This document shows, in pieces, positions 30,916-41,566 of a stretch of DNA of 64,000 nt. Made by a program: the position numbers and the translations under genes. Positions within the stretch are counted from its first letter, which is position 1. Every line of letters begins with the position of its first letter. This DNA is from Diplonema japonicum (lineage: Eukaryota > Protista > Euglenozoa: Diplonemea), in the NCBI GenBank assembly GCA_964019335.1, contig OZ025670.1, positions 186,001 to 250,000 on the forward strand, given 5' to 3'. The notes under the pieces were generated by a model. That model did not search any database. It saw only the letters and a list, made by a program, of their open reading frames with translations, and was not told the DNA's origin.

Positions 30916-31619
30916 TTTTTTTTTTTTTTTTTTTTTTTTTACTCTGTTAATGTTCCCTCCACTACCCTTTGTGTCTTACGTTTAAAAAAAGGGGTATTGA
31001 AGAGGGAGGTAGGAGGAAGATGATGGAGAGAGACGGGGAAAAACGAAGAAGAAAACTGTATTGATTCAATATCAGTGCGGGAAGCGAGAAAAAGAAGAAT
31101 GAAGAGAACAAAAGGAGACAATTTTATACAGAACAAAGAAGGAGAAATGGGCTTTAAAAAAAAAAACGCTTTACTTTCCTGTGATTCGTCCTTTTTATTT
31201 TTCCCCCCCTGTGCTCGAAAAAAGAATTAAAGAAAAAAGTGTTTTCAGGGTTTGCAGAAAACCATGTTTGGTTTTCTCTTGTGTATCGCAACGTACAGAT
31301 TCCCACTTTCAAGGGCCGGAATGGCCTCAGATGGCTAAAAATAGTCAAAATACCCCCCCCAAAAAAAAGAATGAAATAATAATAATAATAATAATAATAA
31401 TATACACACTGAGCGAGGAGAAAAAAAAATTAGGTGCATCCGTGGCTTGAGTGCCCGTTTCCTCCCCCCCCCCCCCCCCCCCCCCCCCCTTGTTCCCAGT
31501 TTCCCCCCACCCTTTTTTTTCCTCTTCTTTTTTTCTTTTCTCTCATTTGTTTCCGGTTTCAAAATAAAAAATTCGTCAAAAAAATCTTTTTTTTTTGAGA
31601 GGGAGGAAAAAAGAAAACC

Positions 31620-32113
31620 ATGACATCTGTAGGTGATTCCGAGCTTGTGAGGAGTCGCGAAACAAAGACAAGAGTATGCAGAAAAGGGATATAAAAAATA
31701 AAAAAAAAACTTTCAAGGGCCCATACGAGTGGGTATATAAGCAAATATATGGAGAGTATCCAAGAAGAGCGTGTTACAATATCCGGGAGCTGTATATCCA
31801 GTGTGTCCTAAGTACAGACTGCATAAAAGAAACGCGTGATTTTGAGGCTTGTCGAAAACTCCCAGAATGCGCGGCGGAGCGGACCGGTTTGTCCCAGTGC
31901 AGAATGATGTCTATGAGTCCTGCAATGCGACTCAAAGGAAACGTGTGGGATACACGATCGGAAGAGGAAATGAAAGAAATGGTGAAAAAAGAGAGAGTGA
32001 AACAGAGAGACAGGGAGCTTGGAGGAGATGTTGACGAGACCCACGAAGTCACAAAGGCTTTCGGAGACACCGCAAAAAAATTCACCCGTTCTCAAGAAAA
32101 CCCCCCGTTTTGA
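31620..32113 (+). CDS. COA5: cytochrome c oxidase assembly factor COA5/PET191-like; intron 31674-31717
   Basis: Cx9C pattern ACYNIRELYIQCVLSTDC..PECAAERTGLSQCR..RLKGN. Confidence 0.75.
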
Positions 32114-32195
32114 TTTTTTTCTTTCCCTCCCCCCCCCCCCCCCCCCAAATTCCGTCCTGCCAAACTCAACTACACTATAGGGGAGAAGGAACGAA

Positions 32196-33494
32196 ATGGA
32201 AGCCTTCAAGACCAGCATAAAGAACATGGATGTTGGTGTTACATGCAATCTAGTAAAAACAATACCGGCAGAGATTATAACGGACGCTTTGGAGGCGCGT
32301 GACTATGAGTTTGAGGCAATCTATGCCAACCCGAAAAAGTTGGAGCAGCGCAAAGCAATTCGCAGCGGGTGGAAAGCAGCCGACAAAACCGCCTTCGAGA
32401 AAGCGAGAAACCTCGCTGACCCCCTCCTGAACATCTCACACAACGTTATCCCCTTCAGAACCCGCGCCGCGTTAAAACTCGCAGATATTGATCAAGAAGC
32501 AGGCTTCCTCTCCTTCCAAGACGGTTTGGAACAAGCCACCTTCGTTGATCTATGTGGTGCACCTGGATCATGGACAGAATACATGATATGGGCGATCCAT
32601 ACTTATGGGTATTTGCAAAACATGTTTGTTCCGAAGAAAGCACTTGGATGGGGTTTCAGCTTGAAAACCGAAAACTGGTTGTTAGATTGGGCGCTTGACA
32701 ACTTCCACACCACCGCAAAAAAAAACCTCTTGAACAGAAAAAACTTCGCGTTATGGGGAGAGGAAGGCGACGGTGACATAACCAACAACGACAATTTAAC
32801 AGACTTCATGTTAAAAATACAGGAAGAGACAACACACGGGGTCGATCTGGCAATGGGCGACGGCGGTGTCATCTGCGAAGCAGATTACGAAAACATGGAA
32901 ACCCAACTCCGGAGGGTTATTCTATGTGAGATCATCGCCATGATGCTTGTATTGAAGAAAGGCGGGAACTTCGTGTTGAAGGTTCTCGATGTAACTACTG
33001 CATTCTCCATCTGCATGATGTGGATTCTATACCAAGAATTCGAAGAAGTTGATCTGGTAAAGCCCACTCTATCGCGGCCAGCAAACTCCGAGCGGTACTT
33101 CATCGGAAAGCGCAGGAGACGCGGCCCGACATGGACTGTTCCAAGCGCTACACCACCTTCCGAGCTTCTTGAAAAGTTCAAATCCACTGCGCTGTCTCCG
33201 TCTGATACTCTTGAAATGCTTTTTGCTGTTAATTCGCGCGAGTCCACTCTGCAATCATTCATTTCCCTCTCCTCTATGCAATCCCATGAAGGGTTCACAT
33301 CCTGGCTCTCCTCCCGTAACGACACGCATTTAACACAACAGCTCTCCTTCATCACCGTGATCAACGACGCCCTGAAGCTCGAGGAAGAGGACCGCGAAAT
33401 CTTCGAAATTCAACGAGACCTCGCCGATCGATGGTGGGGGCGAAGCAGGCTCGGACCGTTCAAAAGAAAGCAAAAGAAACAAAGGACAGCTTGA
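32196..33494 (+). CDS. cap-specific 2'-O-ribose methyltransferase (CMTR1/MTr1-like, FtsJ fold)
   Basis: RAALKLADID, FVDLCGAPGSWTEY, GDGG, FVLKVLD and KPTLSRPANSERY give the K-D-K-E tetrad. Confidence 0.85.
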   Translation: MEAFKTSIKNMDVGVTCNLVKTIPAEIITDALEARDYEFEAIYANPKKLEQRKAIRSGWKAADKTAFEKARNLADPLLNISHNVIPFRTRAALKLADIDQEAGFLSFQDGLEQATFVDLCGAPGSWTEYMIWAIHTYGYLQNMFVPKKALGWGFSLKTENWLLDWALDNFHTTAKKNLLNRKNFALWGEEGDGDITNNDNLTDFMLKIQEETTHGVDLAMGDGGVICEADYENMETQLRRVILCEIIAMMLVLKKGGNFVLKVLDVTTAFSICMMWILYQEFEEVDLVKPTLSRPANSERYFIGKRRRRGPTWTVPSATPPSELLEKFKSTALSPSDTLEMLFAVNSRESTLQSFISLSSMQSHEGFTSWLSSRNDTHLTQQLSFITVINDALKLEEEDREIFEIQRDLADRWWGRSRLGPFKRKQKKQRTA

Positions 33495-33617
33495 ACCCGG
33501 TGGAGGGGGGGGGGGGGGGGGGGGTGGGTGGAAAATATAGTTACTTAATTCATATAGTGGTACATGTTCTTTTTGTCATTTCTCTTTTTTAAAATACATA
33601 CCACAGGCAAAAGAGGG

Positions 33618-36353
33618 ATGCAAGCTGACGCACAGGCGCAAATCATCCATGCGATCCAATGCATATTAAGCCCCGAAACAGCGAACAACGTCCGAAGAGA
33701 TGCTGAGAAATGGTTAGGCGGCATCCTTGATGCGCCTGGGGGGTGGGCGATTATCAATTGGCTGTTAGAGACAGACAAGCAGCCGGAAGTGAGGCAGTAC
33801 GGGGCTTCCATGTTCAAGCGAAAAGTGATGAGGGAGTCGGCATCATTAGACCAAACAGCGGCCATCAAAGTGACCGACGCACTGTTCTCCCGTTTCTTGC
33901 AAGAATCTGTTTCCACCGTCCGCTCGCAGTTGGGCACCTCCTTGGCCTTGATGCTGTCTAGCTTCCCTTCCGACAATACCGTTCCCATGATCATCGACCG
34001 TCTCGGCCAGAAACCGTGCAGTTTGATGCAGCTTCTCATACTTCTCTCAGATGAGACGGGAGGTGCCGATTCCTCTCAACTGGAAGCCGCTCTCAAATTG
34101 GGTGCGGACAGCGTCATACAGTTGTTGGGGGTGTACGCTATGAGAAACCAAACTCCCATCTCGCAGATTGTGCGGTGCTTCTCTGCTCTGGTTTGCTTTA
34201 TTGACAGTGCCAATCTCCTGAAGTCGCCCTTCCTTGACCTCATCTTCAATCCTTCTAACCTGGTCGGTACTGACCCAGATGTCATGGAGGCCTGCAATGG
34301 AGCTGTCCGCCAAATCTGTATGTGTGATGACCATGTTCTCCTTGTCCCCCGCCTCGCCTCGCTGGTTCCTATCCTCATCGACAAGGCTTCTCTCGACACT
34401 GTGGCCCACACCCTTGCTCTGATTGGGACGACCAGCGCGCTGCACATCGTTGAAGAATGCTGCAAGTCCCCCAACCCTCAGCAGCTCTTACTCGTCTCCA
34501 CGATGGTCAACTGCATCACGCACGTCGACCCCACCACAGCAGAAAGCACGTTCTCCTTCTGGCACGCACTACGGAACGCCGTCCGAGGCATCAACGAAGC
34601 GCAGCGAGACGTGGCCATTGGTGTGCTCAAGCCGTATCTTGAGCAAGCCTTGCAGGCCCTGCTACAATACAGCATCCTGCCTGCTAGCGAGGCTGAGTGG
34701 GGTAGCTTCGATGCTCACCGCCATGATGTAGCAGCGCCTGTGTTCATCGACTTAGCACAAACACTGATGATGAGCCGCTACCTTTCTTTCATGGCCGCGA
34801 CACTTACTGAGAAGCAATACCCGAACTGGAAGGAGCTAGAAGTGCGACTGTACGCCATGGCATGCCTTGGAGTGTCCGCTTCCCTCGACGCATGGGCCAC
34901 AGTGGCACCTGCCCTTCTGAGTGCGTACGTGTCATTAACCTACGTCGAGCAGCATGCCAAGATGCGTGCGACCTTCGTTACTATCCTCCCTAGGCTCTCA
35001 GAGTATCTCTCTGAGAACCCCCCTGCCTTGAAAAGTGCTATCGAAGCATCAGGCGCCATGCTATCCCACAAAGGTGGGCAGGCCCTGCTCAGGATATGTG
35101 TGAGTTGCAGGAGGACCATTGTGGGGAATGCTGCCGAGTTTGTACCCCTGTTGATGAACATCTTCAACAGTTGCGACCAGCTGCCTGCAGAAGAGCAAGC
35201 GGCAGTTGCTGAGGGCCTAGGTGTTGTTGCTTGGAGTCTACCTGAGGAGATGGTCCCAAATGTGGTCAACGAGCTTGTGGGGAAGCTGATGACGAGGTGC
35301 ACCGCTGCGTTTTCGCAGAGCCAAGTGGTGGTCTTAGGAGGGGGACTTGCGGCCCTGTGCTCGCTCTTGCAAACAGCGGCAAAATGGTGCCAAGAAGCGC
35401 AGATGGACGGCGTCTCTTCGCAACCTACTGCAGTGGGCAGCGCGTGGTCCTCTGTGTGGGACACACTATGGGGGCTGCTGTCAAAGTGTCTGTCGATAGA
35501 GCCCTTGGCAGAACAGGCTTGCAAGTGCTTCAGTGGGTTGGTGAAGGTAGCAAGTGATAAACTGAGCCAAGCCTCGCTGACTGTATGGTTTTTCCTTTTT
35601 TTTTTTTTTTTCGTTTTGAATAATCACACACAGTCGCTCGCGGCAGCAGTCACGGAGGAGTTCAGAACGAAACCCAACGTGGCGTATCTACAGCTAGTGG
35701 GGGACATAGTAGAGACGCACGCAAGCATCGAAGCCAACAAGGCGGTCATGACAAAGGCTGTGAAGGACATGGGGCAGGTGGGGATCACCCTCCTGCAGGC
35801 AAAAGAAGGGCAGCCGGGGTTCGCGGACGTAGAGGTGTGCAAGGGGGTATTCAAGATGCTGGGTTCCGCCGTGAAACGGTCAGTGGTGTTTGAGGGCAAG
35901 CGGCACAAAAGCGTTGTGGCACCTGCAGTCGTGGCAGAGGTGGGGCAGGAGATGCTTGGGGTTGCCATGCATGCCTTGAAGTCAGAGGTTGTTATTGATA
36001 CCGAGACGGTGAAGCTTCTCCTCGTCTTTGTGGAGTCCTTTGTTGGTGTCGATGGTGCTAAACAGCTCCTTCATGCTGGCGTGGGACCGCAGCTCTTCTC
36101 CGCACTCCTCTTTGCTTGCTCAACAAAGAGTTCCGACGCCCTGCCTCCGCTCACAAAGGCCATTTCATCGTTAAAGCTTTGTGCAAGACAAGCCTTCCCA
36201 GCATGGACACAAGAAGCCCTCACTCACATTACGACCATCCCCGACGAGGCGAAGGCCACCTTCCTAGCTGCCGTGACGAACGGTGTCCCAAGCGTGAAGC
36301 TCGCTGTCGATCAGCTACACCGCGTGGCGAAGTCGCGGACGGCGTTGCTGTGA
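33618..36353 (+). CDS. importin-beta family karyopherin (transportin-SR/Mtr10/importin-13-like); in-frame intron 35583-35633
   Basis: IBN_N-like RRDAEKWL..GWAI..EVRQYGA, TFSFW, WKELEVRLY and HEAT-like helices. Confidence 0.75.
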   Translation: MQADAQAQIIHAIQCILSPETANNVRRDAEKWLGGILDAPGGWAIINWLLETDKQPEVRQYGASMFKRKVMRESASLDQTAAIKVTDALFSRFLQESVSTVRSQLGTSLALMLSSFPSDNTVPMIIDRLGQKPCSLMQLLILLSDETGGADSSQLEAALKLGADSVIQLLGVYAMRNQTPISQIVRCFSALVCFIDSANLLKSPFLDLIFNPSNLVGTDPDVMEACNGAVRQICMCDDHVLLVPRLASLVPILIDKASLDTVAHTLALIGTTSALHIVEECCKSPNPQQLLLVSTMVNCITHVDPTTAESTFSFWHALRNAVRGINEAQRDVAIGVLKPYLEQALQALLQYSILPASEAEWGSFDAHRHDVAAPVFIDLAQTLMMSRYLSFMAATLTEKQYPNWKELEVRLYAMACLGVSASLDAWATVAPALLSAYVSLTYVEQHAKMRATFVTILPRLSEYLSENPPALKSAIEASGAMLSHKGGQALLRICVSCRRTIVGNAAEFVPLLMNIFNSCDQLPAEEQAAVAEGLGVVAWSLPEEMVPNVVNELVGKLMTRCTAAFSQSQVVVLGGGLAALCSLLQTAAKWCQEAQMDGVSSQPTAVGSAWSSVWDTLWGLLSKCLSIEPLAEQACKCFSGLVKVASDKLSQASLTVWFFLFFFFFVLNNHTQSLAAAVTEEFRTKPNVAYLQLVGDIVETHASIEANKAVMTKAVKDMGQVGITLLQAKEGQPGFADVEVCKGVFKMLGSAVKRSVVFEGKRHKSVVAPAVVAEVGQEMLGVAMHALKSEVVIDTETVKLLLVFVESFVGVDGAKQLLHAGVGPQLFSALLFACSTKSSDALPPLTKAISSLKLCARQAFPAWTQEALTHITTIPDEAKATFLAAVTNGVPSVKLAVDQLHRVAKSRTALL

Positions 36354-36652
36354 TGAGCTTTAAGGTGAAAAAAAAGGGGGGAGGGAGAATGGAAAAAAAA
36401 AAAAGCACAGTTGTATTTTTCATTTATTTTCCCATTCTGTCACGTCCCGCGTTATTTGCCACACGAGTTGCTCCCTTGGATCAGGGAAGTGAATTTTCTT
36501 GTTCTCCGTTCTGCTCTCACTCCTTGGACGACAACAGCGCCAGCACTGTGCCTTGCGGGGCACTTCCCTTGGGCCTTCTCCGGGCCACCTTTAATCCTGA
36601 TGCATTCAAACGTTTCAGTTGCCCAAAAAAAAAAAAAAAAGAATACAATAAA

Positions 36653-37954
36653 ATGGATGTTCGTGTATATGCCATGGGCTGCGGGCATGACCACCGCCTT
36701 GGGGTGGGGAGGGGCGAGGCGAACAAGGAACGTCCAACCGCGGTCTCGTTCTTCACAGAGAACCAGTTGATGGTACGCGATGTCTACGCAGGCGGTGCTC
36801 ACTCAATGGTGCTGACTGACAAGGGGCTGTACGCCTTTGGGTACAACGACGAAGGGCAGCTTGGCGTGGGGACTTTTGGCATTTGTATGAAACCAACTCT
36901 GATCCCCCTGTTCAAGACCGAAGACATAAAAGGTGTTTCCTTAGGAGGGTACCACTCAATGGTGTACACGCACAGCGGGGGGACGTTCTCCTTCGGGGCG
37001 AACGGAAACGGGCAGCTTGGGAATGGGGCCGACGACAATGCGAAGAACCCCACTGAAATCAAGTTGGAAGGCGCCGTTCGTGACGTGTCAGCAGGTGCAC
37101 AGCACACCTTAGCATGGACTGAATCGGGTGTGTACTCATGGGGGCTTGGGGACAACGGCCAGCTGGGGTATGCAGGCGACGCTTTCGATGAAATGATCTC
37201 CAAGCAGAACCGCATCAAAGCGCAGATCGCGCACGACGCGCACATCAACACCATGGGAGGACAGCGGAATGCGACACACTACCCTGACCCCGACGCAAGG
37301 GTATCCGAGGTAGGCGGGTACAACCCACGTCACCATCCTGATGCCAAAAAACACGACACGAGGGTCTTTTTCGCAGCGTTCTGCCAGCGAACTCCTAAAA
37401 AAATCCCGTTTTTCGAAACCGGTGAAGAGGTACGCTCCGTGCATGCAGGGTACAACACATCGAGTGTGTTGACAACAAACGGAATTTATGTCTTCGGTGC
37501 TCGGCCGGGTGTTGTTCGAGAGATGCTGTCGGACACAGTACCGACCTTGGTAGCCCTGCCTGCAGAAGGCATGGTGTTCAGACAGTTTCTTGCGTTGAAG
37601 GATCTGAGAGTTGGGTTGTGCGAGGCAGCTGACGGGACATTGTCCGTGTGGAAATCCACAGAAGAAGAACTCTCTTGGACCCCTGTTATTGACGACACCC
37701 CTCCAGATACACGGGTGCACGGTACGGAGCTTAGCATCTATGTCTCTCATTCAGATGGTCTTTCTGCGTTTGGGGATAACTTCTTCGGGCAGCTGGGCTA
37801 CCCAACAGATGTCACCCAGCCTGATTTCACCCCACCCCGAGCTGTGGATCTACCCACCCTTGAGACAACGTCTCCTTTATTTACACCGAAGGTTTACAAG
37901 GTAGCAGCGGGGTGGCACCACGCTTTAATCTGTGTCGGGTTTGGATCTCCTTAA
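36653..37954 (+). CDS. RCC1-repeat protein
   Basis: Repeated AGGAHS/GGYHS/AGAQHT..FG.N..GQLG motifs and a terminal AAGWHH. Confidence 0.9.
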   Translation: MDVRVYAMGCGHDHRLGVGRGEANKERPTAVSFFTENQLMVRDVYAGGAHSMVLTDKGLYAFGYNDEGQLGVGTFGICMKPTLIPLFKTEDIKGVSLGGYHSMVYTHSGGTFSFGANGNGQLGNGADDNAKNPTEIKLEGAVRDVSAGAQHTLAWTESGVYSWGLGDNGQLGYAGDAFDEMISKQNRIKAQIAHDAHINTMGGQRNATHYPDPDARVSEVGGYNPRHHPDAKKHDTRVFFAAFCQRTPKKIPFFETGEEVRSVHAGYNTSSVLTTNGIYVFGARPGVVREMLSDTVPTLVALPAEGMVFRQFLALKDLRVGLCEAADGTLSVWKSTEEELSWTPVIDDTPPDTRVHGTELSIYVSHSDGLSAFGDNFFGQLGYPTDVTQPDFTPPRAVDLPTLETTSPLFTPKVYKVAAGWHHALICVGFGSP

Positions 37955-38027
37955 AAACCCCCCCCTTTTTTTAAAGTTGATGATATTTTTTTTTCTTTCT
38001 TCGGGGGGGGGCAACACTCACAGAGAA

Positions 38028-38730
38028 ATGGTGGGTGCGTCCCCCTATCCTGAAAATGTTGAAGAGAAAGTGATTTCAGTGCTAACAGTGAACGAGATAC
38101 GGTATCAAGGGGTCATACATGTCATAGAGATCGAGGCCAACTCCGTGACTTTGCGGGATGTTACAGTATGGAGGGGAAGGAAAACAGAAACAAAAAAAAA
38201 AAAAAAAAAACAGATTTTCGGCACGGAAGATCGAGTAGTCGATAATAAAATACCAGCGCAACCTAATAAATTCGAGTTTGTGGTGCTAGGGGGTGATAAT
38301 ATAAAGGTATTTTTTTTTTTTTTTTTTTGTTTTCTTTTTTTAAAAAAAATCCCCCCACAGGAAATCATCCTTTATGAATACATACCCGCAGACTCGCTTG
38401 AGGATCGGGAGGGCAGCTCAGCTATGGATACAACCTCTATTTCCCCCTCTAGCGGGCCACCTAACTCCTACTTAGATGCGGTTCGGGGAAAACAGGCCGC
38501 GGCTGCGGCTGCGGCTGTCCCTGTTGCACAGAACCGGGCTGAATCACGGGGAGACCATGGACATGGAGGTTACAAAGGCACTTTTGACCACCCAGGCGGT
38601 AAAGGGGGGAAGGGGTACAGAGGGCAGAAGAAGGGTGGAAACACAAGGTACGCAAGCATACGTGATTTTTTTTTTCTTTATAAATAATAATATCAGGTAT
38701 CACGGAGAATACAACACGCGAAGGCCGTAG
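38028..38730 (+). CDS. LSM14/Scd6-like protein; introns 38166-38213, 38307-38360, 38648-38696
   Basis: Spliced ISVLTVNEIRYQGVI..VTLRDVT|IFGTEDR..FEFVVLGGDNIK|EI, with a G/K/R-rich tail. Confidence 0.8.
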
Positions 38731-38813
38731 TGCCTAGTGAACGAAAGAATTATTTATTTTTATTTTATATTTTTTCCTCTTTTTATTTTAGTGAAAGAAA
38801 AAAAACAGTAAAT

Positions 38814-38858
<45 letters not shown>

Positions 38859-39162
38859 CGTCTTTCCACTCTCCAGAGGGGAAACCCTCACCTTTTTATT
38901 TTCAATAGTTCACCCCCTCCCTGTCCCCCGTCCCAACACCCATTTATTTTTATGTCTCCTTCTCCTCATTGGACTTCGAAGCCCGTCGGCCCCTTGGAAC
39001 CACACACGTCGCCTCACGTACAACACCACTGTGCTCAAGTTGGACCTTACGTGCAATGTCCTTGGGCCGCAAGGATGCACGACATGCCGTACCCTTGTAG
39101 TTGGAGACAATCGCCGATCTAAAAAAAAAAAAAAGAGGGGCACAAAAAACTTTTTAAAAAAA

Positions 39163-39849
39163 ATGTCATACAGGCAAGAGGCTCAGAACTACGGCAGACA
39201 GGAGGGAACACAGTACGCAGAAGAAAGAGCTGGTTACGATTTAGATAGAGATGGGAGGGTGGGGAGTGGGAGAGAGAGGGAGAGGGAGAGGAGGAGGAGG
39301 GACAGGAGCGAATCTAGAGAAGGAAGGAGAGAGAGAAGGCGGCGCGAAGATTCAAAAGCTCCTGCACAGGGCTCTGTTAAACAGCCAGTAGGACCTCCTG
39401 CCGAGGCCGCGTTCAAAAGAAAGGACTATGAAGTGTGGCCACCCCCGGGTATGGTCTACTATGTTGATGAGGACCCTCCCAATGGAAAAATGGAACGCCG
39501 GCCACCTTCTCCTCCCAATCGGCGGGAGGTTCGCACTGGCGTCAGGACTGTGAAAATCTCGAACCTCTCAGACCCTTCTGTCCCAGCTAATTGGTCAGCC
39601 ACAGCACCTACAGCTTCTCCTCAGCAAGCATTTTCTCCCTATTCGCCTTACCGCAATTCCCCTGTCCAGCATTCACCCCTTTACCAGTCCCCGGTTTCGT
39701 ACCCTCCCCCTCAGCAGCAACAGTGTGTTCCTTGTCACTACCACCACCAACAGCCTTCCTTGTCCCCGTATTCTCAACAAGCCCAGTCACCTATGACACC
39801 GACTTATGCGCCTTCGCCTCAAGGCCGTCCACCTGGGGCGTATTGGTGA
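39163..39849 (+). CDS. low-complexity R/E-rich then P/Q/S/Y-rich protein
   Basis: Poly-A start context and coding-like ORF. Confidence 0.6.
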   Translation: MSYRQEAQNYGRQEGTQYAEERAGYDLDRDGRVGSGRERERERRRRDRSESREGRRERRRREDSKAPAQGSVKQPVGPPAEAAFKRKDYEVWPPPGMVYYVDEDPPNGKMERRPPSPPNRREVRTGVRTVKISNLSDPSVPANWSATAPTASPQQAFSPYSPYRNSPVQHSPLYQSPVSYPPPQQQQCVPCHYHHQQPSLSPYSQQAQSPMTPTYAPSPQGRPPGAYW

Positions 39850-40043
39850 GTTTTCTTTTTTTCTTTTATACTGTTGTTATTATTGTACATCTGGACACTC
39901 CCCCTCCACTCTTTTCAATGCTTTTTGCCAAAAAAAAAAAAAAAAAAGAAAAGGAAAGCAAAAAAAAAAAAAAAAGAATGGGTGAACTTTTTTTTCCCTT
40001 TGTTTTGTTTTGTACGCTTTTTTTTTTGTTTTCCCTCCCATTT

Positions 40044-40081
<38 letters not shown>

Positions 40082-40185
40082 TCTATAAAAAAAAGGGGGG
40101 GGCGAGTAGGCGAAAAGTTGCCCCTCACCCCTCTTTTTTTTTCCCCTTCTTCTTTTAGTTTGTATCTTTTTTTTTTTTATGTTTG

Positions 40186-41462
40186 CATAGTATCCAGGGT
40201 TAACCGATCACCCGCGGGTTTTTAATTACATGCTTAAAACCCTTCGTTTCATCCCCCGGGCCCCCCAGATACACAAAGCCGACCCCAGGGAGCATCAAAA
40301 TGACATAGAAAAGGATTATTTTCCCGAAAAGCTGGTGCTTCCCTGTTTCAGGCAGGATCCTAATTGGGAGCGAAATCAAAAGTCAATAATTAAAACGGGA
40401 GGAGAGCATGCAACCATGCATATAATAACCCTTTTATTCGTCCCCCGGGCCCCCCAGATACACAAAGCCGACCCCAGGGAGCATCAAAACGACTTAGAAA
40501 AGGATTATTTTCCCGAAAAGCTGTTTTTTCGCTTTTTTTTTGGCGGTTTTTCTTCTTTTTTCTGTTTAAATAGGAGCGAAATCAAAAATCAATAATTAAA
40601 ACGGGAGGAGAGCATGCAACCATACTTATAACCCTTCTATTCGTCTCCCGGACCTCCCAGGTACACAACGCCTGCATCGAAACAACTTAGAAAAGGATTA
40701 TTTTCCCGAAAATCGGCATTCTCCCTGTTTTTGGCGGGTTTTTAACTGGGCACGAAAGTCAATAATGAAAAACATTGAAACTTGAACGGGAAGTAGCAAC
40801 GCACAAAGTAAGGGGGCACCTTGAAAAGCTCCATGGGACACACGGAAGCGTGCCCGTTGAGGCAGGATGTTCACCCACAGAGAACTGAATGCACGCACAC
40901 AGCGATGAACGCACAATTTCTTACCTCCCTGCTTGCAACCCGGCGTGCCTGAGAACGTGGTGCCTGTCAGACGAAGACAGAGCACCACCGTCCTGGTTCA
41001 GGTACAAGAACAACAGCTGCCTTCGTTCGGAAGAATTTTTGAGCATGGTCTTGGTATTTTTTGCCAGAAATATGGGTTTTGGATCGATCAAACCGATCAT
41101 AAATCCTGTTGTTTTTAACTTGGACCTCCCTGACCCAGGAGAATTACAGGTCTGAAAACCAGTTTTTTCAAAACTGCATTTAAGGCCTTAAATAAGGCTC
41201 TATTTTGGGTTTTAATGGCTGGAATGGGCTCAGATCGTCAAAATAGGGTTTTTGAAAAAATAATTTTTGAGCATGGTCTTGGTATTTTTTGCCAGAAATA
41301 TGGGTTTTGGATCGATCAAACCGATCCGAAATTAAAAAAAACCAATCAGACCGATCCGAAATTAGAAAAAAACCGATCATTAACCCGACTGTGATCGAAA
41401 ATCTAAATTGCTCGGGTCGGGTTTCAAAACCCAAAGGTGATCGGTTAACCCTGGACACTATG
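40186..41462. mobile_element. non-autonomous TIR DNA transposon, CATAG..CTATG termini, 6-bp TSD TGTTTG
   Basis: TIR CATAGT(A/G)TCCAGGGTTAACCGATCACC at both ends. TGTTTG at 40180-40185 and 41463-41468. ~190-200 bp internal tandem units and repeated ACCGATC motifs. Confidence 0.85.
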
Positions 41463-41566
41463 TGTTTGCATCTCTGTTCTTGTGTTTATGTCCGTACAAT
41501 TTTCCCCTTTCCCTTCCAAGGGGGAAGCGAAACACCCTCAAAGGAAAGAGGGAAACAAAAAAAAAA

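Noticed and set aside
27353-31023. Duplicated ORF MCCSLLTSSS.. as a gene pair
   Set aside because: It lies within the TG..CA element, and the indel between copies changes the frame.
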